Source of the DNA: an uncultured Candidatus Saccharibacteria bacterium
GTDB lineage: Bacteria > Patescibacteriota > Minisyncoccia > Phycocordibacterales > UBA918
Length of the DNA: 64,000 nucleotides
Direction of reading: 5' to 3'
NCBI GenBank assembly: GCA_964350735.1
Contig: CAYGKO010000003.1
Coordinates: forward strand, 52,452-116,451
Below the pieces are notes generated by a model that ran no database searches, was not told the DNA's origin, and saw only the letters and a list, made by a program, of their open reading frames with translations. Of the stretch, positions 48,701 to 64,000 are shown piece after piece (positions within the stretch are counted from its first letter, which is position 1; every line of letters begins with the position of its first letter). Made by a program: the position numbers and the translations under genes.

Positions 48701-48953
48701 AGGTTGACGAAAGATCAGCCAGGTTGATATAGACCGGGAAGTCTGCCAGGTCGTCGTCGATATTGGCAGCATCGATAGTGACAGTGTCGTACAAGGTCCA
48801 GCTGGTACCATTCCAAGTTGATGTAGCGGCTTCTGCAGACTGAGGCGTGAAGAATGTAAGCAGAGCGAGCGCTCCCAACAACACCAACAAACCACTCAGT
48901 TTAGTCTGCATTGTACTTATATATGTACGTGGTTTTGATTGATGTGTGTTCAT
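39711..48953 (-). CDS. Giant secreted protein (3080 aa): two DUF2341/LamG-like modules, dozens of ~45-aa beta-propeller-like repeats, Gly-rich C-terminus
   Basis: Signal peptide. DUF2341-like modules at the N-terminus and again mid-protein (ADFPVYI(N/D)L ... GDIRVTT ... GELHFKAN). Repeats of the form SP.G..FN.DGTKMFV.G..GDDVNEY.L..A(F/Y)D(V/L)STA. Confidence 0.8.
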   Translation of the reverse strand: MNTHQSKPRTYISTMQTKLSGLLVLLGALALLTFFTPQSAEAATSTWNGTSWTLYDTVTIDAANIDDDLADFPVYINLADLSSTFWSTVSDGGGDIRVTTNDGSPVELAREVVSASTTLETGELHFKANSISSTTDTVFRIYYNSSTTAAYATDDTYGAENVWTNSYYSVYHLQEDPSGATVYDSTSNDYDLATIGSFVSGDSVTGRLAGGQAIQFDGNDELLTDTDNVWSNSNNTVTVQFWNNVAAAAAAETFHIAAGWAVGGGNERLVISAPWADIVYWDFGTCCTTPGRISTSYTAYDDKWTMVHVTSGTGKGIYLDGVSATSSISTDNPNVDLTGFYLGGDAGANYHEGSIDEFRVSTVERSAAWISAEHLNQATTTDFYNTAQAAPITFSGTLYQADRSTVVATSSVIKVAAGNPVQVYTGSSAQTTGLWEVAITQGHTIDDGSGVVVWVDGDSSIQGSLVTVANSSSTDITTLDLYQDHVISRHEAGISSTTIADFAVYDASDDGDIMYLASAAAETLTVQGGKELYVWPGSTLNGGTAITTISGATLPGSITIPSGATFEAPATLTLAGSLTNDGTYDSTESTLDIQSGQSVSFKNAVTTSAANSSFWGMSIVDSGTKVAFTDVTNDVIEMYNLSTAYDLSTAGLASRYDVSGEDGFAFGVKFNTSGTQMFVLGGGNNTLYAYDLSTAFDVSTASATDTHIFSQVTTAISFSFNSAGTKLFVGDESADDVSEFTLSAWDITSLSYVDAFSVSTETDSPYALTFSPTGDEMFVTDGGDSNGEVYQYDLGTAFDVSTAVFGGTLNTSGDLGANTITGVDFDGDGDRLFLTAAFAGYFEYSLDAPYSFGGVLFQDTTYPSDSATPFAIRFNNDGSKAYVVDDNEDDVDEYALSVDYDLSTLSYTDSFDVSTEGISPVAIVFNATGSKMFISDSGTGDVYEYELSTDWDVSTASATDSFAGGGFGLEFNDDGSILYQANGSGAIYEYGLSPKYALSGASFDASHSIFVDTLTIKFNDDGTKMFVGDYTGNTLTVYDLSSAYDPGSIGTSITLSFTEVTDLYDITFNASGSKAYVTDPSTGGIYEYALDPVFSFGGAANVSTDSLVKTDSVPEAVTFNDDGTKLYSVYRLSGMVGQFDVSTPYDLTTAEYEKGFSIKSFDTAPKDVQFNATGSRMYILGDTGNDINEFSLSIPWDISSATQVDTEPIGSQETSPAAMALSATGDKMFVVGTAGMDVNEYTLSPAWDVSTASFVDSFDVSSEDTQPSGIVFNTAGTKMFILGDQTDSVFEYTLSAGFDVSTASYDGRQYDLSDIETLPSGIDMSPDGFSMFVSGSFSDTFSGFDLASSFTFEAVISTSTLSGTLSGTSALATTTASFGNVLFADNASTTDFTIDAGVSVSIASTSNFETSGGFTNNGSFTAGQSLYLTGTDKTVSGSLTGDNQLGNTFVVGAYTFSSEAEVENITIAAAGSTTAPVVLTVTGDLTNNGSFNANEGLVRFSSTTPASISGDFTGASSLADVRIIASSSVSFGQAASTTNITIEAGATTTAPATSLTIAGSLTNNGVFENNSGTVYFAGEAYEVSTLSYNDVFSVSSEEASPEGLAFNTDGTKLFVIGSSGDDVNEYALIEPYDLSTARFVDSFRIASQETSPTAVTFSATGTRMFVLGTTNDSVFQYELTSAFDVSSAAYTHATSVSLQELTPEGLSFNTDGTKMFVVGSSGDDVNEYTLGSPWDVSSAAFVDATLVNAQDFTPTGIEFNTDGSKMFIVGDTGNDISEYTLSGAFDASTRTFVDGFSVALEEATPNDMRFNNDGTQMFVIGSTGDNVYRYFLDSAFDISTAYFDGSFRVATEDLTPRGVEFNTDGTKMFVAGDSGNDINEYALSSGFDVSTAVFTHATSVALQDTSPLNVAFNTDGTKMYVPGDAGNDINEYALGTAFDISSASFSHATSVVADNSTPTDVTFNTDGTKMYVLGSTPDEVNEYSLSTVFDVSTASHVAEFSVSSQDTTPLALLFNKTGEKMFVLGNIGNDINEYVLSTAFSISTASFVTSYSIAAEETSPTGMAFNANGTKLFVVGFSGDDVNEYDLDDLSASGVLTGSSAFNDISAVGTILFADNASTTNFVIESRGTAALPNELSIAGSFDSSGAVIAGSGTTTLTGSGEQITGALTDAIAGNTVVIAGSYTFTNATTADMVIDATGSLSGTGELTVLGDYTNNGVYGSGGEVIFAGSGTQTATGSLSGTDAFNALTVRNDSASGSTTQSFIFGAPAETDGLFTIEASSSVQFLAGETYSFDSVDWTGEDGRPVYLRSSDPGTAWDLDTGIQVSVSFVDVRDSDATITAGGVTAYQSVDSGNNTNWTLEAGAAPVPWNDTDWTEYDVVTIDYTNIDEDLADFPVYIDLSDLSADFWAGVSSDAGDIRVTTNSGSPVELPRELVSASTTLQTGELHFKANLISSTMDTHFRIYYNGSSSIDYITSATYGAENVWSNGYVAVYHLGEDGNTDAGGYRDSTSFGNHGTGTSMTSGSDVAGRLGLAQDLDGASDYIEIPSTSEFDFSASDYAVSLWVDMDASQNSFAALYSKGNGAGNDWSFQRRGTTNNTAIFHTSGTGNFITNGWSTIAGAGWKHVTLQFDTSANDVDEYIDGSLFDSNDAVNSKPDFETDRPVRLGAERSAGGNLDGSLDEVRISNSIRAPAWIAAEYLNQSTTTDFYALAEPGVITIANHSVGQVSSAFSFKNATSQPAFAFQLTPTGESATVTALTLNVSGISNSVSTSSIPNIVLYQDTDNDAEYDVTDQVLDASGEFTFSGESGTIVFADDFLVTTNQNYLVTFDINAVSRSEMLVLSLATSGVQGIGVVFEEVINVNGSVNSVQHIRGNQGSGGGGGSSQGSIGGDAPAGRSEEVGGGSGGGSAVDTNTGGSTIGAEVGFNRPSANSGSWNSAANAYDQTDGTYATTSAADTHNYTNYSHSIPGSNEIVGIAVKLEVSGTTDAGTIDVELSYDGGTSWTAAKTSPTLTTSDTVVTLGAPADLWGRAWTPTELNNTNFAIRVTGAPSSNEIRIDEIQVRVYHQATGGGGGGGGSI

Positions 48954-48961
48954 ATTGATTT

Positions 48962-59167
<10,206 letters not shown>

Positions 59168-59169
59168 AA

Positions 59170-59913
59170 TTAATTTTCAATTTGCTTATCGGAGTCAGTA
59201 CTCATGTGTTCACCAGTAGAGACCGGGACCATCAGAAACAAATACTCGTCGTCTTGCTGATTTTCGCCATTGTCACGAAACACTGGCGTAATTACACCAG
59301 TGTCAGTGTTTTTCATTTCAATTACCACCTCATCGGAAAAAGCCTCCCTGACTTTTTCTAACTCAGTCTCAGTATCAACAATCACAACACCTACATCTTG
59401 ATTCGGTTCAATCGCTTGCACTATTTCAACTTCTTCTGAAAAGAAACCGAATAGATTAAAAGCCTCACTGAGTGTTTCCGTCACGGAAACCGCACCAAAA
59501 GAAAAGGCTTGGAGGTCTAAAGCTTCAGATTTTGCTGTCCAACTGAGAGAAGCTGCTAACGCGATGCACGCCAACACTGCTGCAGTTTCGGCCAAAGCCA
59601 CCGGGAACAAACTGGGAGCGGTTGCTACTTTTTCAAAAACAATTTGCTTTTGCCTTCCCACAACTCTTTCTACAATTCTAGATTGACGCAACTGCTCCTG
59701 TCGAAGTCTACGCTCTGCTTCAGCCTCAAGCGAGAAGAGCTTGAGTGAATCAGCTCCCACAAACCACTGGCGACCACGCTGCTCTGCGAGAATTTTCTTT
59801 TCCCGAGCAAGTCTTCCTACGTAATCAGCTGTGTACCCAACGAGCTTAGCAGCCTCTTTTGTCGGGAGCATTCGATCTGTATTTTCCGCTTGTGTTTGAA
59901 GAGAGTCCAACAT
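59170..59913 (-). CDS. Membrane-anchored protein with N-terminal excisionase-type HTH (HTH_17-like), one TM, extracytoplasmic C-terminus (247 aa)
   Basis: LPTKEAAKLVGYTADYVGRLAREKKILAEQRGRQWFV, then TM segment AVLACIALAASL. 3 nt upstream of the giant gene start. Confidence 0.6.
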   Translation of the reverse strand: MLDSLQTQAENTDRMLPTKEAAKLVGYTADYVGRLAREKKILAEQRGRQWFVGADSLKLFSLEAEAERRLRQEQLRQSRIVERVVGRQKQIVFEKVATAPSLFPVALAETAAVLACIALAASLSWTAKSEALDLQAFSFGAVSVTETLSEAFNLFGFFSEEVEIVQAIEPNQDVGVVIVDTETELEKVREAFSDEVVIEMKNTDTGVITPVFRDNGENQQDDEYLFLMVPVSTGEHMSTDSDKQIEN

Positions 59914-60313
59914 ACGATATTGCTATATATTATATAGCGATTCTCTTTAAAATAGTGCGTCGGTTGTGGACTACTTTTATACAAAAAAAACTACAATTTA
60001 TCCTGCTAAATTTAGAGCAGGTTTCAGACAAAAAGCTCCGGAGGAAAAAGGTAGCTGACTACCAAAAGATAACTTATAACAACCCATCAGGAGAACAGAG
60101 ACGCAAGCAAATCCTGGTTCTTAGTCCGATGCAAAACACAAACACAGCTCGTGAAAGGATTCGGTCGCAACTTAACTGCATGTTTCTAGTCAATTAGACA
60201 ATATCTAAGGAGAAATTGGAGATAAGGAGTCAGCGGTAATACAGACTGTAACACGTTTCCAGAATACTGCACATAACGGAATTATATGTAAAACTCTTTT
60301 ATACGATATAACC

Positions 60314-61204
60314 CTATTTTTCAATGTTTATCTGGGCTAAAAGTTGGTTAATGTTGAAGCTGTATTTTTCATCTAGACTGTCTGCAGTGGCCACAAGCGT
60401 TGTTTCGAGACCAGCCGCCAGTGTTGCAGCCAAAAGAATAACCAGTGTGCTTGCGCTGAGCATTAAAAAGAGAAGCCTGCCCTGGACTGGCTGATGAGAT
60501 TCTTCAGAATGAATTGGTATATGCACCACCCCAGCCGACCGCTCTGTATCTCTCATGCTTTCTACACTCTCCTCTTCCGCTATCTCCGGTACTGTATGGG
60601 GTACAGCAAATTTCCTTGAAAATAAGGATGTAACTACTGATTCCTGCTCTGCAATCTCTGCCTCTACCACTACTGGTTCTTCGGCATCCTCAAACACAGT
60701 GTCTTCGTGTGATTCCACCTGCACATCCCCTTTAAAGCGTATCCGCGGGTGTTTAGAGGCGCTAATAACGTACTCCTGAGTCTTCGAGGTCACCTCAAGC
60801 TTTTCAGCGCCACCTAGTTCGACCTCAAGTCTGTGGACTAGCTGGTTTTTCTTTTGAACCACAGGAACCAGATCAGAATCATCTGTTTCATAATTTGTGA
60901 TTTTAGTAGCCTTGGGTAGATGTTCAAAAAAGTTTTTATTCGCAGACTGCCGTACCGCCACAGTAACTTTGTGCGACGAAGATTCACGCAACGCCTGCTT
61001 CGACTTCTCTAAGTTGCTCCGTTGCTTAGTTTTCTTATGCTCAGTGATTGAGTCTGGATTCACATACCAAGTACGTCCCACTAGACGCGCATCAACTTTC
61101 TCGGATCTGCATAATTGTCCGAGATAGTCTTTTGTATAACCAAAATCTCGTGCAACCAAGGTCGCTTTTTTATAATTCTTCTTGTTAATAGTAACAACAT
61201 CCAT
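60314..61204 (-). CDS. Paralogous HTH_17-like DNA-binding / single-TM membrane protein (296 aa)
   Basis: KATLVARDFGYTKDYLGQLCRSEKVDARLVGRTWYV, then a C-terminal TM segment LLFLMLSASTLVILLAATLAAG. Confidence 0.6.
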   Translation of the reverse strand: MDVVTINKKNYKKATLVARDFGYTKDYLGQLCRSEKVDARLVGRTWYVNPDSITEHKKTKQRSNLEKSKQALRESSSHKVTVAVRQSANKNFFEHLPKATKITNYETDDSDLVPVVQKKNQLVHRLEVELGGAEKLEVTSKTQEYVISASKHPRIRFKGDVQVESHEDTVFEDAEEPVVVEAEIAEQESVVTSLFSRKFAVPHTVPEIAEEESVESMRDTERSAGVVHIPIHSEESHQPVQGRLLFLMLSASTLVILLAATLAAGLETTLVATADSLDEKYSFNINQLLAQINIEK

Positions 61205-61265
61205 AAACTCCTGCCATTATACATGACAGGAGTTTATGACAAAATAAGATATGTGAATGGCGCAA

Positions 61266-62675
61266 CTACTTCAGAGTTTCTTCTAACAAATTTTTCAGGA
61301 CTTCAGGATTCGCGGTGCCTCTGGAAAGCTTCATTCCTTGTCCAATCAGGTACTTGAGCGAAGCTTCTTTTCCGGCTTTAAATTCTTGAACTACAGCCTC
61401 ATTTTCAGCGATTACTTGCTCAATAACAGGCATGACATCTTCAGTCGAACTGCTTTGCGCTAAGCCACGTTCAGAAACAAGCTGTTCTGGATCACTATCT
61501 TCAAGCAACACCTCTGCAAGCAAATCTTTTGTCGTTCTTGAATTTATAGATTTGTCTGCAGCTAACGCTATTAATGAGGCAAAATTTTTCGCTTTCTCAA
61601 GCACGTTTACTTCAATCACTGGTGCTATATCCGACCCTAAAATATCGCTTGTCAGATAGTTTGCTGCAAGAACAGCGTGGTCCTTAGATTTTAGTCGCAG
61701 AAGTACTTCCCCAAAGAACACTTTTGCTTTTAAGTCAGAAATAATAACCTCGATTATATCCACTTTGATTCCGAGATTTGTATATTCATTACGCAATTCT
61801 GGGGCTAATTTTGGTATTATCTTGTCTAAACTAGAATTAGTAAAATCATCGATTGTGTCTCGGTCAAACTTTGGGATGTCAGGATCTGGAAAATAGCGAT
61901 ATTCCTCAGCACTTTCTTTAATCCGTTGGCTAAACGTGGTCGAGTTATTTTCATCCCACCCACGAGTTTCCTGAATGATGGTACCTCCACCTTCTAAAAC
62001 TTCGATATGCCGCGCTGTCTCGTAATCTATAGCAGCTTCCATGGCTTTGAAAGAGTTTAGGTTTTTTACTTCAACTTTGTCACCTAGCGTGTCAGTTTTG
62101 CTGACAGATATATTTGCTTCTACTCGCATTTCTCCGCGCTCCATATTGGCATCCGAAACACCCAGAGTTTTTAACAAGAGTTGTAGCTCTCGAGCAAAGT
62201 TCCCTGCCTGCTTTGATTCGTGAATCACCGGTTCAGTCACCAGCTCCATTAAAGGCACTCCAGCTCGATTGAAGTCGACTAAACTGCTGTCACTTTCATG
62301 TTGGCTACGAGCTGTATCTTCTTCGAGATGAATTCTGGTAATTTGTACTCCTGCCAATTCGCCACCCTTCACAAAAGGATATGCATACTGACTAATCTGA
62401 TACGCCTTCGGAATATCTGGGTAAAAATAATTCTTACGGTCAAATTCACTGTAACCAGCCAAAGTTCCGCCAATTGCTTTTCCAACAGTCAAAACCATCC
62501 TGACCGCCTCTTTATTAACAGCCGGAAGTGTCCCAGGGTGTGCCATACAAACTGGACATACGTTTGCATTCACTTCACTGGCATGAGGATCATTTTTACA
62601 TCCACAAAACATCTTACTAGCCGTCTTTAGTTCGGCATGCACTTCAATTCCTACTGTAGTTTTATACTCACTCAT
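61266..62675 (-). CDS. gatB: Asp/Glu-tRNA(Asn/Gln) amidotransferase subunit B
   Basis: VGIEVHAEL ... CGCKN ... CPVCMAHPGTLP. ATG at 62675. Confidence 0.9.
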   Translation of the reverse strand: MSEYKTTVGIEVHAELKTASKMFCGCKNDPHASEVNANVCPVCMAHPGTLPAVNKEAVRMVLTVGKAIGGTLAGYSEFDRKNYFYPDIPKAYQISQYAYPFVKGGELAGVQITRIHLEEDTARSQHESDSSLVDFNRAGVPLMELVTEPVIHESKQAGNFARELQLLLKTLGVSDANMERGEMRVEANISVSKTDTLGDKVEVKNLNSFKAMEAAIDYETARHIEVLEGGGTIIQETRGWDENNSTTFSQRIKESAEEYRYFPDPDIPKFDRDTIDDFTNSSLDKIIPKLAPELRNEYTNLGIKVDIIEVIISDLKAKVFFGEVLLRLKSKDHAVLAANYLTSDILGSDIAPVIEVNVLEKAKNFASLIALAADKSINSRTTKDLLAEVLLEDSDPEQLVSERGLAQSSSTEDVMPVIEQVIAENEAVVQEFKAGKEASLKYLIGQGMKLSRGTANPEVLKNLLEETLK

Positions 62676-62734
62676 ACTATATAGAATGCAGACAACACGC
62701 TGTCGCACTTTTATTAAACAAAATAATAGTAATA

Positions 62735-63712
62735 CTACCCTTCTCGTAGATGCGAAACAAGAGAATCTCGTAGTTCTTTAACCCCTTCACCAGTCTCTGC
62801 AGAGATTACAAACACACGATTCTTATCTGTGTCAATACTCTTCATAACTATGTCAATTTTAGCGCTAGAAACAAGGTCTTTTTTAGTAAAAATAATCCAC
62901 TCTTCTTTACTTTGAAGATCTTTTTTGTAAGCACTTAGCTCATTTCGAATTGTAGTATAGGCACTAATTGGGTCTTCATGCTCTAACGAAACGAGGTGCA
63001 GAAGCATTTTTGTGCGTTCGACATGCCGTAAAAATCGATGACCAAGCCCTTTCCCACTTGCTGCACCTTCAATAAGTCCTGGAACATCTGCCAAGACATA
63101 CCCGTAGAGGTCCCCTAAATGTGGCATCAAGGTGGTAAATTCGTAGGCTCCGATTTGTGAATTTGCGTTCGTGAAAGTATTGAGGAGAGTAGACTTTCCT
63201 GCATTTGGCATCCCAATTAAACCAACATCAACTACGAGCGACAACTCAATTTTGAAATTACCCTCTTCACCAATCTTTCCTTTAGTTGCCTGTTCTGGAG
63301 CTTGGTTCGTTGAAGATTTAAAATATTCATTTCCGAGACCACCATGTCCTCCATGCAAAATCTTCTCAGTTTGTCCTTCCTCGAAGAGTTCATAGGATCG
63401 GTCTCTTTCTAAATCATGTACAAATGACCCCATTGGGACATCTATATATAAATCATCACTCCCTTTACCGTACTGACTATCAATCCGCCCAGCCTCACCA
63501 GGCTTAGCTATAAATTCATTGTTACCGGTATATTTAGAGAGTAGGCTTAAATTACGTACAGCGCGTACGTACACATCACCGCCTCGACCGCCGTTTCCCC
63601 CAGAAGGTCCGGCATTTGGTCGAAATTTCTCATGACGCCAGCGGACCACCCCGTCCCCACCGTTTCCGGCTTTAGCGTATATTTCTAATTCATCTATAAA
63701 CATGCCTGCCAT
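62735..63712 (-). CDS. obg: GTPase Obg (short form)
   Basis: Obg-fold Gly-rich N-terminus and G domain (GLIGMPNAGKSTLL, DVPGLIEGA). Confidence 0.9.
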   Translation of the reverse strand: MAGMFIDELEIYAKAGNGGDGVVRWRHEKFRPNAGPSGGNGGRGGDVYVRAVRNLSLLSKYTGNNEFIAKPGEAGRIDSQYGKGSDDLYIDVPMGSFVHDLERDRSYELFEEGQTEKILHGGHGGLGNEYFKSSTNQAPEQATKGKIGEEGNFKIELSLVVDVGLIGMPNAGKSTLLNTFTNANSQIGAYEFTTLMPHLGDLYGYVLADVPGLIEGAASGKGLGHRFLRHVERTKMLLHLVSLEHEDPISAYTTIRNELSAYKKDLQSKEEWIIFTKKDLVSSAKIDIVMKSIDTDKNRVFVISAETGEGVKELRDSLVSHLREG

Positions 63713-63782
63713 TATGCATTATTTAGAGCGTATGTATAGGTTTGTGCAATAGTCCACTAAAAAATCTGTTAAAATAGCGCTA

Positions 63783-64000
63783 ATGAAAAAAAGTCGGCTG
63801 CAGCACTTCACTGCACTTTTACTGATCATAAGTATGGTTTTTGCTGGTGTGCTATTTTTTAGCACACTAGCTGCTGGCGCCACCTACACCTGGGACAACG
63901 GTGGTGTTACCAGTGACTGGAGTGACTGCGACAACTGGACGAGCGATACCTGCCCAGGCTCTGGTGATATTGCACGCTTTGATGGTACCTCAAGCGCAGA
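63783..64000 (+). CDS. 5' part of a secreted protein gene running off the window (MKKSRLQHFTALLLIISMVFAGVLFFSTLAAGATYTWDNGG...)
   Basis: ATG at 63783 with an open frame to the window edge. Signal-peptide-like N-terminus. Confidence 0.5.
   Translation, partial: MKKSRLQHFTALLLIISMVFAGVLFFSTLAAGATYTWDNGGVTSDWSDCDNWTSDTCPGSGDIARFDGTSSA

Noticed and set aside
59914-60313. Intrinsic terminator for the upstream HTH-TM gene (hairpin cctgct/agcagg at about 60001-60025)
   Set aside because: On the minus strand the T-run begins 11 nt after the 6-bp stem, and the stem is short and AT-poor. Too weak to call.

Overview
This 64-kb window looks like part of a reduced bacterial genome with Candidate Phyla Radiation (CPR)/Patescibacteria-like hallmarks. 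Coding GC is about 50% and intergenic regions are AT-rich. The CPR assignment is an inference from: a short DnaE, truncated ThrRS/PheS/PheT, a split transketolase, minimal metabolism, pilin, sortase and giant surface proteins.

Genes called, in order:
- Housekeeping: rnhB, dnaE, thrS, gyrB, pheS-pheT, one tRNA-Thr(UGU), tsf-rpsB, prfA, rpmE, rplY, gatB and obg.
- A sugar-phosphate operon: gap-rpiB-rpe plus split transketolase, with a type IV prepilin gene embedded at its end, and a convergent PfkB kinase.
- A roughly 26-kb run of co-oriented surface-protein genes from 35374 to 61204 on the minus strand. It comprises an FN3 protein, a WxL/Csc-like trio (two paralogous small secreted proteins ending ...TATLTAL around a DUF916/DUF3324-like anchored protein), two giant secreted proteins of 3080 and 3401 aa, and two paralogous HTH-transmembrane proteins.

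Other points of interest:
- A strong candidate T-box antiterminator (Thr) in the thrS leader.
- A sortase near an 868-aa surface protein carrying a VPYTG-hydrophobic-basic C-terminal signal.
- A processive GT2 glycan synthase with a membrane partner, co-transcribed with pheST.
- A 1.3-kb GC-rich (about 60%) two-gene island with Tat-like signals, and an AT-rich (about 35%) foreign-looking gene.
- A cluster of perfect palindromes and hairpin repeats beside the tRNA.
- A nested inverted-repeat element at the window start.
- Several small ORFs with strong Shine-Dalgarno (SD) sites.

No CRISPR array, rRNA, or obvious transposase or integrase was seen.
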